A stretch of 43,818 nucleotides of DNA from Candidatus Aminicenantales bacterium (GTDB taxonomy: Bacteria; Acidobacteriota; Aminicenantia; Aminicenantales; UBA4085), in the NCBI GenBank assembly GCA_049515535.1, contig JBEKTZ010000013.1, forward strand, positions 62,001 through 105,818, read 5' to 3'. Under the pieces are notes generated by a model, which did no database searches, had not been told where the DNA came from, and saw nothing but the letters and a program-made list of their open reading frames with translations. Shown piece after piece: positions 10,194 to 19,618 of this stretch. The position numbers were made by a program, and so were the translations under genes. How positions within the stretch are numbered: position 1 is the stretch's first letter; every line of letters begins with the position of its first letter.

Positions 10194-10856
10194 TTACCAA
10201 TAAACGGCCAAGGTGGCAGCGAGGGCGCTAATCCCCAGCCTGAGGGTCTTCGGCAAGTCTCGCACAGTCGCCCCCATCTCCGTTTTTCCAGACGTGAAAT
10301 TTGCCCCCAATTGGTATTCGGCTCCGAGGCTTACGTTTTCGGCGAGAAAAAATTCCGCGCCGAATAATAGGGCGAGGGAATAGACCATTCCTTTGAATGT
10401 CGTAGCGACGCTAAAGAGATCTAGATTGGCTGGGCTCGAGCTGTCATATAAACCGAACGCGGCCGCTCCGCCGAAATAGGCCGTGACGGCTTTAGTATTG
10501 ACGAAATGATACTCCACGCCGGGAGCGAAGCCGATGGATGTCACTTTGGCCGTGACCGTGCCCTCCGCCGTTTGAGTGTCAATTTTGACCAAGCCGAAGT
10601 GCAGGGCTCCTCGGATCGCTATTTTTTGAGAAAGATAATATTTAAAGCCGAGGCCGGCCAGGGTTTGAGATGTCGCCGTCCCGGACGGCACGGCCACGCC
10701 CAGAAGATTCCCGCTCACTCCGAAATTGCCTAGACCCTCGATCGTGAACAACAATCCTTTTTGCCGGGCTCGGTTGACGGTTGCTCCAGCGTCCTGGGCG
10801 AACATGACAGGGGCTATGATAAGCAGGGCCAGGCCCAACGGGAAAATGCGCCTCAT
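10194..10856 (-). CDS. Outer-membrane beta-barrel protein
   Basis: Start MRRIFPLGLALL after an AGGAG RBS; signal peptide; amphipathic strands (GFKYYL, GVEYHF, GAEFFL); terminal aromatic AVYW. Confidence 0.75.
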   Translation of the reverse strand: MRRIFPLGLALLIIAPVMFAQDAGATVNRARQKGLLFTIEGLGNFGVSGNLLGVAVPSGTATSQTLAGLGFKYYLSQKIAIRGALHFGLVKIDTQTAEGTVTAKVTSIGFAPGVEYHFVNTKAVTAYFGGAAAFGLYDSSSPANLDLFSVATTFKGMVYSLALLFGAEFFLAENVSLGAEYQLGANFTSGKTEMGATVRDLPKTLRLGISALAATLAVYW

Positions 10857-11223
10857 TCGTTTCTCCTTTTTCTCAGGACTACAACCGGCAGGAATAAACC
10901 TTCGGCCGCGCTTTGACACCTTAAGATAAAATCCGGATCATGTCAAGCGCGCGGACCGGAGAGAGAGTCCGCTCCGTGGGCGAGCGAGAGTGAAGCAGGG
11001 GGACGGCATCCTTTTCCTCGCCGTCAGTCGGCCCTGGATCCCGCTCTAGACGAGCGGCAGTCCGGATCCTCGCCGCCTGGGCGTGGCGGTCGGGACCGTG
11101 ACTTTCCGAAAATAGGGAATCCGGAGCCTGCGTCATAAAAGCGGGGCAAATCAGGGTGGGTTGATTTGAGCCCTGGATTGTGTTAATTTTTAGGCCGCTT
11201 CGACACATCAAAGGACGAACGAC

Positions 11224-12093
11224 ATGAAAGGCATCATCCTGGCGGGCGGGCGGGGGACCCGGCTCAATCCGCTCACCTTGAGTATCAGCAAACAACTTCT
11301 TCCCGTCTATGATAAACCAATGGTTTATTATCCCCTGTCCATGCTCATGCTGGCGGGCATCCGGGATATTCTGTTGATTTCGACGCCGGAGGCCATTCCG
11401 GCGTTCCGGGCATTGCTCGGCGACGGCCGGCAGTGGGGGCTGTCCTTTCAATATAAGGTCCAGGACGAGCCGCGCGGCCTGGCCGACGCGTTCCTTGTGG
11501 GTCGGGAGTTCGTGGCGGCCCGGCCCGTTTGCCTCATTTTAGGCGACAATATTTTCTTCGGCCACGGCCTCGCCAATCAAATGAAAAATGCGGTCCGTCT
11601 CGAATCCGGGGCCCTGATCTTCGCCTACGCGGTCAAGGACCCGGAGCGCTACGGCGTCGTCGAGTTCGACAAGGACATGAGGGCCGTCAATATCGAAGAA
11701 AAACCAAAACGGCCGCGGTCCCACTTTGCGGTGCCGGGGATATATTTTTACGACGGCCGGGTCTCGGATTTGGCCGCCCAGATAAAACTCTCGGCGCGCG
11801 GGGAGATCGAGATCACCGACCTCAACCGCGAATACCTGCGGCAAGGAGAATTGAAGGTTGAAATCATGGGTCGGGGCGTGGCCTGGCTCGACGCCGGAAC
11901 GCACGAATCTCTGCTTCAGGCCTCTAATTTCGTCCAGGCCGTCGAGGATCGGCAAGGGATGATGATCGCCTGTCCGGAGGAGATCGCTTTTCACCAGGGA
12001 TATATCGACAAAGCCGAACTGCTCCGTCAGGCCAAAGAGATCCCCAATTCCTACGGTGACTATCTAACGCGCATCGCCGAAGAGGGCATTTAA
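11224..12093 (+). CDS. rfbA: Glucose-1-phosphate thymidylyltransferase
   Basis: [44 protein letters not shown]. Confidence 0.97.
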   Translation: MKGIILAGGRGTRLNPLTLSISKQLLPVYDKPMVYYPLSMLMLAGIRDILLISTPEAIPAFRALLGDGRQWGLSFQYKVQDEPRGLADAFLVGREFVAARPVCLILGDNIFFGHGLANQMKNAVRLESGALIFAYAVKDPERYGVVEFDKDMRAVNIEEKPKRPRSHFAVPGIYFYDGRVSDLAAQIKLSARGEIEITDLNREYLRQGELKVEIMGRGVAWLDAGTHESLLQASNFVQAVEDRQGMMIACPEEIAFHQGYIDKAELLRQAKEIPNSYGDYLTRIAEEGI

Positions 12094-12107
12094 GGAAGGA
12101 GTCGAAC

Positions 12108-12563
12108 ATGATCGACGGCGTGAAGGTCAAGAAGCTCAAGGTGATCCCCGACGAGCGGGGCCGGCTCATGGAGATATTCCGGGCGGATGACGAATTCTTC
12201 GAGAAGTTCGGCCAGGTCTATGTGACGACGACCTATCCCGGCGTGGTCAAGGCCTGGCATAAGCACGAGAAGCAAGCTGACAACATGGCCTGTGTGGCGG
12301 GCATGGTCAAGCTGGCTCTTTATGACGCGCGGATCGGATCCTCCACGCGCGGCCAGATCGACCAGTTCTATATGGGCGTCCACAATCCGATCCTGATCCA
12401 TATCCCCGCCGGGATCTACCACGGTTGGATGTGCGCAAGCGATACGGAATCGATCGTCGTCAACGCGCCGACCGAGATGTACGACTATAAGAACCCGGAC
12501 GAGCAGCGCCTGGACCCTCACGGCGGTGAGATCCCCTACGACTGGAAGAGGAAAGACGGATAA
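12108..12563 (+). CDS. rfbC: dTDP-4-dehydrorhamnose 3,5-epimerase family protein (short RmlC-type cupin)
   Basis: DERGRLME, PGVVKAWHKH, IPAGIYHG; lies between rfbA and rfbB. Confidence 0.85.
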   Translation: MIDGVKVKKLKVIPDERGRLMEIFRADDEFFEKFGQVYVTTTYPGVVKAWHKHEKQADNMACVAGMVKLALYDARIGSSTRGQIDQFYMGVHNPILIHIPAGIYHGWMCASDTESIVVNAPTEMYDYKNPDEQRLDPHGGEIPYDWKRKDG

Positions 12564-12665
12564 CTCATTTTGTCATTGCGATCGAGATGAGGCATGTTAA
12601 AGAATTCATTAGAATATTAAACCCCCTCCCCCCTGACGCAATTCAGGGGGATTGAAAGGTCGGAC

Positions 12666-13748
12666 ATGGCAATCTCCAAAAACGAAATTAAAAGGAAAAA
12701 TCCAGCGGGGGATCAGGCGGAACGCGTTTTCGACGGCAAGACGATCCTCGTTACGGGCGGAGCCGGTTTCATCGGCAGCACCTTCGTCCGAATGATGTTG
12801 GCGCGATTTCCGAGTATTCGAATCATCAATCTCGATGCATTGACCTACGCCGGGAACCTGGACAATCTCCGCGATTTCTCCTGCGACCCGCGCCACGAAT
12901 TCATCCAGGGAGATATTCGCACCAAGGATCTCGTCACCGGGATTTTCGAGAGGGTTCAGGGCGTGTTTCATTTTGCCGCTGAGACCCACGTCGATCGTTC
13001 GATTGTCGACGCCGGAGAGTTCGTGCTGACCGACGTCTTTGGAACTTACATTTTGTTGGAGGCGCTACGGCGATCTCCGCATATTGAGTTCTTTCTTCAT
13101 ATATCGACGGACGAAGTCTATGGCAGCCGCGATGAGGGCTTTTTCAAGGAGACCGATCCGCTTAACCCATCCTCCCCATATGCCGCCAGCAAGACGGGGG
13201 CCGACCGATTGGCTTACGCCTATCACGTAACCTACGGGGTTCCGATCATCATCGTCCGGCCCAGCAATAACTATGGCCCCTACCAATACCCCGAGAAGTT
13301 CATCCCTCTGTTCACGACGAACGCCCTCGAAGGAAAAGAGCTGCCGCTCTACGGAAAAGGACTGAACGTCCGCGACTGGCTTTTCGTCGAAGACAATTGC
13401 AGGGGGATCGAGCTTGTGGCCAGGCGGGGAGCGATCGGCGAAGCTTACAACATTGGGGCTAACGACGAATGGCGCAATATCGATGTGGCCCGGCGCATCC
13501 TGAAAATCCTTGGGAAAAAACGCGATCTGATCAAGTTCGTGCCCGATCGGCTCGGTCACGACCGGCGCTACGCGCTGAATTGCCGGAAGCTCCGCTCCTT
13601 GGGTTGGAAAACGGGGGTGGAGTTTGACGACGGTCTCGAACGGACCGTGACGTGGTATGTCGAGAACGAGGACTGGTGGCGGAAGATCAAAGAGCGCAGC
13701 GCTGACTTCAAGTCGTTCTACGGCGAATATTACAAAGACAGGAAATAA
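12666..13748 (+). CDS. rfbB: dTDP-glucose 4,6-dehydratase
   Basis: VTGGAGFIG, LTYAGN, HFAAETHVDRSI, STDEVYG, YAASK, DRLGHDRRY. Confidence 0.95.
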   Translation: MAISKNEIKRKNPAGDQAERVFDGKTILVTGGAGFIGSTFVRMMLARFPSIRIINLDALTYAGNLDNLRDFSCDPRHEFIQGDIRTKDLVTGIFERVQGVFHFAAETHVDRSIVDAGEFVLTDVFGTYILLEALRRSPHIEFFLHISTDEVYGSRDEGFFKETDPLNPSSPYAASKTGADRLAYAYHVTYGVPIIIVRPSNNYGPYQYPEKFIPLFTTNALEGKELPLYGKGLNVRDWLFVEDNCRGIELVARRGAIGEAYNIGANDEWRNIDVARRILKILGKKRDLIKFVPDRLGHDRRYALNCRKLRSLGWKTGVEFDDGLERTVTWYVENEDWWRKIKERSADFKSFYGEYYKDRK

Positions 13749-13757
13749 TCCCCCAGC

Positions 13758-13776
13758 CCCCCTTTAGAAAAGGGGG
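13758..13776. terminator. Hairpin between convergent genes (possible terminator or REP-like palindrome)
   Basis: CCCCCTTT-AGA-AAAGGGGG perfect 8-bp stem just after the rfbB stop; no clear U-tract. Confidence 0.4.
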
Positions 13777-13789
13777 ATGAAGGCTTCTC

Positions 13790-14062
13790 CTAATCGCCGG
13801 AACCGGCGTTCTTCAGGACGATTCCCGCATCGTTCAACAATCCGGATCGAAGGAATTCGGCCATCTCCCGGATCCCTTCCTCAACGCTGATCTGCGCTTT
13901 AAATCCGAGCACCCGCGCGATCTTGTCGAATGAGACCTTGATGTCCCGCATGTCGCCGTCGAAGTGGAGATCCTTGTATTGCACCTCGAGGCCGGGGACG
14001 TATTTTCGGACAAGCCGGGCGATCTCGTCTTTCGAATAGTTCCCCTGAGCTGAGTTAAAAAT
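13790..14062 (-). pseudogene. C-terminal remnant of an NAD-dependent sugar epimerase/dehydratase
   Basis: Reads IFNSAQGNYSKDEIARLVRKYVP...DMRDIKVSFDKIARVLGFKAQISVEEGIREM, the typical tail of extended SDRs. There is no start codon or Rossmann fold; the frame begins right after the TGA of the upstream gene. Confidence 0.75.
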
Positions 14063-15184
14063 TCAGGCCGTTATTCGGCCGGCCATGATCGCTCTGACGG
14101 CGTCGGTGATGATGTCGATCTGCTTTTCCTTCAGAGCCAAACCGGAGGGCAAATACAATCCCTGGCGGGCGATTCTCTCGGTGACGGGATAGCGTTCGCC
14201 CTTGAACAGGCCGCGTTCGTGGAAGACCGGCTGCTCGTGCAGTCCCAGGAAAAACGGCCGGGTCCCGATCTCTCTTTTCCCGAGTTCTTTCATCAGCATG
14301 TCCGCGTTCCAGCCCGTCGCCGGGTCGATCTCCAGGCAGTACATCCAATAGACCGTTTTCGCCCAGGGCATTTCGACCTGGCATTTGATTCCCTCGATGT
14401 CCGACAGCCGTTCCCGGTAATAGCTCCCCAGCCGACGTTTGATTTGAATGAATTCTTCGATCCGTTCCATCTGGGCGACGCCCAGGGCGGCCTGCAGGTT
14501 CGTCATGCGCAAGTTCTGGCCCAGCTCCGTGTGATAGAACCGGCGTTCGGGGCGGAAGCAGAGATTGCGGTATGAAGCGGCGCGTTTGGCCATTTCCGGG
14601 TCGGACGTGAGGACCATGCCTCCCTCCCCGGTGGTGATGATCTTGTTCGCGTAAAAAGACCAGGCGCTGATATGACCGAGCCCGCCGCATTTCCGCCCTT
14701 TATATTCGGCGCCGTGGACCTCGGCCGCGTCTTCGATGACCAGGAGGTTGTGTCGTTTCGCGATGTCGAGGAGGGGGTCCATGTCCACGGGATGGCCGTA
14801 AATGTGCACGGGCATGATCGCCCTGGACCTGGACGTGACGCGCGCTTCGATTTGGGCGACATCCATGTTCCAGGTCACGGGCTCCGCGTCGACGAGGACG
14901 GGCACGGCGCCGCGCCGGACGGCGGCCAGGGCGCAGGAGATGATCGTGAAGGATGGCATGATGATCTCGTCGCCGGGGCCGAGGCCCGCGGCGAATACCG
15001 CGGCCTCGAGGGCCGCCGTTCCGTTTGAGACTGCCACGCCGCGCTCGACGCCGATGAACGCGGCGAACTTTTTTTCGAATTCCTCGACGAACGGGCCGTC
15101 CGAAGATATCCAGCCCGACTCGATACAGCGGACCAGCAATTCCTTTTCGCGGCCGTCGAGCAGGGGTTGGTTGACAGGGATCAT
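14063..15184 (-). CDS. DegT-family aminotransferase, GDP-perosamine synthase-like
   Basis: SGWISSDG, SNGTAAL, VHIYGHP, IEDAAEVHG, SFYANKIITTGEGGM (PLP lysine); next to gmd. Confidence 0.9.
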   Translation of the reverse strand: MIPVNQPLLDGREKELLVRCIESGWISSDGPFVEEFEKKFAAFIGVERGVAVSNGTAALEAAVFAAGLGPGDEIIMPSFTIISCALAAVRRGAVPVLVDAEPVTWNMDVAQIEARVTSRSRAIMPVHIYGHPVDMDPLLDIAKRHNLLVIEDAAEVHGAEYKGRKCGGLGHISAWSFYANKIITTGEGGMVLTSDPEMAKRAASYRNLCFRPERRFYHTELGQNLRMTNLQAALGVAQMERIEEFIQIKRRLGSYYRERLSDIEGIKCQVEMPWAKTVYWMYCLEIDPATGWNADMLMKELGKREIGTRPFFLGLHEQPVFHERGLFKGERYPVTERIARQGLYLPSGLALKEKQIDIITDAVRAIMAGRITA

Positions 15185-15600
15185 TCCGGCCGTCTTTTTC
15201 GACCCTCAAAACGGCCTTTATCAAAACCCTCAATAAATGGGCCGTTCTTGACTTCGACGAGGGTCGCCTCTTCGAGGACTTCGACGCCGTGGCCGGCCCC
15301 GGCCAGGAGGATGATGTCGCCGGCCGCGAGCTCCCGGCTTTCGATATATATTTGATCGAACGAATAAAAGTCGATTCGAACCTTGCCGCTTTTGATAAAC
15401 AAGACTTCCTGGGTCCCGATCGTGTGGCGTTCCACGGGATTATGGACGTGAGGGATGACGCGGTACCCGACGGGTCGGGTCATGTGACCGAGCTGCAGCG
15501 AAAAATCGTTCGGCGTAAGGAAATCGATCCCTTCTTTACGATATTCCTTGCCGATGATCAGGGCGATAAGAACTCCGTTATAGAGGATCTTTTCAATCAT
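15181..15600 (-). CDS. Cupin-fold protein of sugar-nucleotide clusters
   Basis: PHVH...TQEVLFIKSG and LAAGDIILLAGAGHG cupin motifs; ATGA overlap with the aminotransferase. Confidence 0.75.
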   Translation of the reverse strand: MIEKILYNGVLIALIIGKEYRKEGIDFLTPNDFSLQLGHMTRPVGYRVIPHVHNPVERHTIGTQEVLFIKSGKVRIDFYSFDQIYIESRELAAGDIILLAGAGHGVEVLEEATLVEVKNGPFIEGFDKGRFEGRKRRPE

Positions 15601-15675
15601 ATGAATTTTTCTGTTTGGATACTCTTGCCCACGCTTATGATTAGTACTCTTGCAACCACGATATATCTGCCGGGG

Positions 15676-16716
15676 TCAATTTCTCGGAAAATTATTCTTT
15701 TCGACGATTTTTTTTCCTGTTCCGGGAGAAGGGAGGCCGTCTCGTTCCAAATCATAATCGACCATGATTTTCACGAGGTCTTTAAACGTGATTTTCGGCG
15801 ACCACTTCAATTCTTTCTTCGCCTTTGTGATGTCCGCCCGGAGCTCTTCCACCTCCGTGGGACGCAGGTAATGAGGATCGATAATGATGTATTCCCTCCA
15901 GTCCATGTCCATGTAGCCGAACGCTTCCTCTAGGAATTCCCTGACGGAGTGCGTTTCGCCCGTGCCGATGACATAATCGTCCGGCCGCTCCTGCTGGAGA
16001 ATGAGCCACATGGCCTCGACGAATTCGGGGGCGTATCCCCAGTCCCGCCGGGCTTCGAGGTTGCCCATGTAAAGCTTTTTTTCCTTCTTGGCGATGATGT
16101 CCGCCAGCCCGCGGGTGATTTTCCGGGTCACGAACGTTTCCCCCCGCCGCGGCGACTCATGGTTGAACAGGATTCCGTTGCTGGCGTAGAGGCCGTAACC
16201 GTCCCGGTAATTCCTGGCCATCCAGTAGGCATAGACTTTGGCGGCGGCATAAGGGCTTCTCGGATGGAAGGGCGTACTTTCATTTTGAGGGGCCGGGGCG
16301 CTTCCGAACAATTCGCTGCTCGAGGCCTGGTAGAATTTCGTCCGGATTCCGCTTCTTCGGACGGATTCGAGAATTCTCGTGGTCCCGAGTCCGGTGATGT
16401 CTCCCGTGTATTCCGCCAGGTCGAAGCTCACCCGAACGTGGCTTTGGGCTCCCAGATGATAGATCTCGTCCGGCTTGATATTGTAGATGAGGTCCGTGAG
16501 CTGAGAAGAGTCGGACAAGTCCCCGTAATGAAGGAACAGCTTCGTACCGGGCAGGTGGGGATCCCGGTACAAATGGTCGATCCGGCTTCGGTTAAAGGAG
16601 CTTGATCGCCGCACGAGGCCGTGGATTTCGTATCCTTTGGAGAGAAGGGAATCGGCCAGGTAAGAGCCGTCCTGTCCGGTGATGCCGGTGACAAGGGCTT
16701 TTTTAGAACTGCTCAT
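15676..16716 (-). CDS. gmd: GDP-mannose 4,6-dehydratase
   Basis: [46 protein letters not shown]. Start at ATG 16716 after AAGGAG; the ORF-track extension is translated repeat DNA. Confidence 0.97.
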   Translation of the reverse strand: MSSSKKALVTGITGQDGSYLADSLLSKGYEIHGLVRRSSSFNRSRIDHLYRDPHLPGTKLFLHYGDLSDSSQLTDLIYNIKPDEIYHLGAQSHVRVSFDLAEYTGDITGLGTTRILESVRRSGIRTKFYQASSSELFGSAPAPQNESTPFHPRSPYAAAKVYAYWMARNYRDGYGLYASNGILFNHESPRRGETFVTRKITRGLADIIAKKEKKLYMGNLEARRDWGYAPEFVEAMWLILQQERPDDYVIGTGETHSVREFLEEAFGYMDMDWREYIIIDPHYLRPTEVEELRADITKAKKELKWSPKITFKDLVKIMVDYDLERDGLPSPGTGKKIVEKNNFPRN

Positions 16717-16730
16717 CGTGGCGTGCTCCT

Positions 16731-16837
16731 TCGACGGCGGCCGGGGCCCCGGGCTTTGCCCGGGGGTCCACTTCTGCCGTACTCGCCCGTGGATATAAGC
16801 CACGGGCGAGTGGCGAGCCGAAGGCTCGTCCCTTGAC
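16731..16837 (+). repeat. Family A palindromic element, copy A1 (107 bp)
   Basis: TCGACGGCGG...CCCCGGGC-TTT-GCCCGGGG...ACTCGCCCGTGG-ATATAAG-CCACGGGCGAGT...GAGCC-GAA-GGCTC...CCCTTGAC; two differences from copy A2. Confidence 0.95.
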
Positions 16838-16934
16838 TGCCGCTCTTTTATGAAAAGGCAATAATCTCAACAATTTTTAAGCCTATTCTATTGAATCGAC
16901 GGGGTTGCGTCAAGGTTTTTGGGAATCCTCCCCA

Positions 16935-17891
16935 TCAGACTTTTTCGCGCCAATAATTCAAGAGGTCCTTGAAGGTCTGTTCCAGCGGGATCTTGGGTTT
17001 CCAGCCGGTGAGTTTGGCGAATTTGCGGCAATCCGAGAGCAGGATGGGGACGTCCGAGGGCCGCAGCCGGTCGGGGTCCACCTTGACTTTGACCTTGACC
17101 GGGCTCTGGGCGAGCAGCATGTCGAGCATGTCTTTCATGGCCATCGCTTTTCCCGTGCCGACGTTATAGACTTCTCCGTCCTCGCCCTTTTCGGCGGCCA
17201 GCCAATAGGCCCGGACGATATCGCGCACGTCCGTGAAGTCTCGCTTGGCCTCCAGGTTCCCGACATGGATGACCGGCTCTTTCAGGCCTTTCTCGATCTC
17301 GGCGATCTGTTTGGCAAAGTTCGACGTGACGAAGACGTCGCCTCGACGCGGTCCCGTATGATTGAACCCCCGCGTCCGGACGGTCCTCATCCCGTAGCTC
17401 TTAAAATATTGATAGGCCAGGAGACCCTGGGCGGCTTTGCTGACGGCATAGGGGCTCAGGGGCCTCAAGGGATTCGTCTCTTTCATCGGGATCTCTTCGG
17501 GAAAGACCTGGCCGTATTCCTCGCTCGATCCGGCGACGAGGATCTTAGGGTTGGCCTTGATGCTCAAAAGGGCCTCGAAAAGATTGATCTGGCCGATGGC
17601 GTTGATGGCGAACGTCTCGGCCGGGAGCTTCCAGGAGGCCGGAACATAGCTCTGGGCGGCCAGGTGGAAGATCCGGTCGGGCTTGACGGCGGCGAACGCT
17701 TTTTTCAGCGAGACCATGTCCTTGAGATCGGCCTCGCACAGTTCCAGCTTGTCGAGAATGTTGACGATGTTGTCCTTCCGGCTCCGCCATCGGATGATGC
17801 CGAAAACGCGGACGCCGGGGTGGTTCGCCAGGATATATTCGGCCAGATGGCTGCCGGCGAAACCCGTGATGCCCGTGATCAAGACGCGCAT
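16935..17891 (-). CDS. GDP-4-keto-6-deoxy-D-mannose reductase-like SDR (Rmd-like)
   Basis: MRVLITGITGFAGSHL, HLAAQSYV, GSSEEYG, YAVSK, FNHTGP, RDFTDVRD; GGAGG RBS; directly upstream of gmd. Confidence 0.8.
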   Translation of the reverse strand: MRVLITGITGFAGSHLAEYILANHPGVRVFGIIRWRSRKDNIVNILDKLELCEADLKDMVSLKKAFAAVKPDRIFHLAAQSYVPASWKLPAETFAINAIGQINLFEALLSIKANPKILVAGSSEEYGQVFPEEIPMKETNPLRPLSPYAVSKAAQGLLAYQYFKSYGMRTVRTRGFNHTGPRRGDVFVTSNFAKQIAEIEKGLKEPVIHVGNLEAKRDFTDVRDIVRAYWLAAEKGEDGEVYNVGTGKAMAMKDMLDMLLAQSPVKVKVKVDPDRLRPSDVPILLSDCRKFAKLTGWKPKIPLEQTFKDLLNYWREKV

Positions 17892-17969
17892 AGGACCTCC
17901 TCGGCAATTTTCCTTGAAAAACAGGGACATGAACCGAATCGCGGAATTTGGGACGGGCCCCTGCTCATA

Positions 17970-19439
17970 TCAGATATTCAGCTCGAGCTGCCGTTCCTGG
18001 GCGCCCTTGCGCTCCCTTTCGATCGTCTTCAACATCTCCGGCGTCACGTCGCCCGTGATGTAATTCCCGTCGAAGCACGCGGCGCAGAAGTTCTTGAGCT
18101 TCTTGTTCTCCATGCGCACGGCCTTTTTGAGGTTGTCGAGGGTCTGGTAGATGACCTTGTCCGCGCCGATTTTCTTGGCGATCTGGGCGAAATCGGAGTC
18201 CCGGGCGACGAACTCGGTCCGCGTCTGCATGTCAATCCCGTAGACGCAGGGAAAGCGGAGCGGCGGCGAGTAGGCCGCGAAATAGACGTGACGGGCGCCG
18301 CAATCCCGGACCATCTGGACGATGGCGCGCGAGGTGTTGCCGCGGACGATGCTGTCGTCGACGAGGAGAACGTCATTGTCCTTGAACTCATCCGCGATGG
18401 GATTGAGCTTCATCCGGACCGAGCTTTTCCGCTCGTCGTCGGCGGGCATGATGAACGTCCGGCCGATGTAGCGGTTCTTGACCAGGGCCTCCCGGTATTT
18501 CAGGTCGAGCGCCCGGGCGATCTCGATGGCCGCGTCGCGCGCGGAATCGGGGACCGGCACGACGACGTCGATGGGAAGCCCGAGTTTTTTGATTTCGCGG
18601 GCGAGCAGTCGGCCGAGGTTGATCCGGCAGCGGTAGACGTTGACCTCGTCGATGATCGAGTCGGGCCGGGCGAAATAGACCCATTCGAAGAGGCAGGGCG
18701 AGTGGGGACAATGGGCGATCTGCTTCGAGTGGAAATTACGGTCTTTGTCGATGAAGATCGCCTGCCCGGCTTCGACGTTCTTGATGTCGCCGAAATTCAT
18801 GATATTGAGCGAAACGCTCTCCGAGCCGATGGCGTACGAGGGAATGAGGCCGTCGCGGCGGACGCCCCAGACGAGGGGCTTGATGCCGAAGGGATCGCGG
18901 AAGGCGACCATGCCGAGATCGGCGATGTAGGCCACGACGGAAAAGCTGCCCACGACTTTTTTATAAACGCCCGCCACCGCTTTGAAGATGTGCTCCGGGC
19001 GGAGCTCCCGGACCTTCTGGCTCGCGAGCTCCTGGGCGAAGACGTTGAGGATGCTCTCGACGTCGTTGTCCGAGTTGAGGAGGCGGTGGTATTTTTCCGA
19101 GAGGAGCTTTTTGAGCTCGGTGTAATTCACCACGTTGCCGTTGTGGGCCATGATGATCCCGAAAGGGGAGTTGACCTGGAAGGGCTGGGCGTCCTCGCCC
19201 AAGCCCCCGCCGATCGTCGGATAGCGGGTGTGGCCGAGGCCGATATTGCCCCGGAGGCGTTTGGCGTGCTCGGCCGTGAAAATGTCGCGGACCAAGCCGT
19301 TGCCTTTTTTCGTATGGAAGCGGCCGTCGTAGGTGATGATGCCGGCCGAATCCTGGCCGCGGTGCTGGATGGCGAGCAGCCCTTGATAGAGTTCGTGGAA
19401 GACCTCGCTGTTGCTATAGAGTCCTAATACGCCGCACAT
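17970..19439 (-). CDS. purF: Amidophosphoribosyltransferase
   Basis: N-terminal MCG (Ntn nucleophile), QHRGQDSAG, GHTRYPT, CLFEWVYFARPDS, LVDDSIVRGNT, CAACF. Confidence 0.97.
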   Translation of the reverse strand: MCGVLGLYSNSEVFHELYQGLLAIQHRGQDSAGIITYDGRFHTKKGNGLVRDIFTAEHAKRLRGNIGLGHTRYPTIGGGLGEDAQPFQVNSPFGIIMAHNGNVVNYTELKKLLSEKYHRLLNSDNDVESILNVFAQELASQKVRELRPEHIFKAVAGVYKKVVGSFSVVAYIADLGMVAFRDPFGIKPLVWGVRRDGLIPSYAIGSESVSLNIMNFGDIKNVEAGQAIFIDKDRNFHSKQIAHCPHSPCLFEWVYFARPDSIIDEVNVYRCRINLGRLLAREIKKLGLPIDVVVPVPDSARDAAIEIARALDLKYREALVKNRYIGRTFIMPADDERKSSVRMKLNPIADEFKDNDVLLVDDSIVRGNTSRAIVQMVRDCGARHVYFAAYSPPLRFPCVYGIDMQTRTEFVARDSDFAQIAKKIGADKVIYQTLDNLKKAVRMENKKLKNFCAACFDGNYITGDVTPEMLKTIERERKGAQERQLELNI

Positions 19440-19618
19440 GATGGAACCCGGTTTCAATTATAATATGTTTTGCCTTCTTAAAAAAGAAAAAAAACGGGGA
19501 GAGACGGCGGGGGGCATTTGCTAAATTTCGCCCCTCCAAATAAAATATCCATGGAGCCAGGGAATTCGCGGGCGTCCGCCGTCGCACGTCCGCGGGTTCC
19601 GCGAAAGGAGCCGGCCGC

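Noticed and set aside
10921..11451. 176-aa minus-strand ORF over the rfbA promoter region
   Set aside because: Overlaps rfbA antisense, has no motifs, and covers a divergent intergenic region.
12620..12655. Small C-rich/G-rich hairpins (12620-12655, 38925-38942, 40482-40545) as a fourth repeat family
   Set aside because: They are short and low-complexity, and share too little sequence to define a family from this window.
16717..16803. N-terminal extensions in the ORF track (gmd; also GT9, UbiA, RAYT, DUF167)
   Set aside because: They run through repeats or upstream genes; better starts with RBS or family-typical N-termini lie downstream.
16905..19427. 840-aa plus-strand ORF
   Set aside because: Antisense shadow of purF and the rmd-like gene; high-GC codon bias suppresses stops, and it has no recognisable motifs.
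19440..19560. Purine-related riboswitch upstream of purF
   Set aside because: A TATAAT lies only 17 nt before the ATG, leaving no room for an aptamer, and I could not recognise one.
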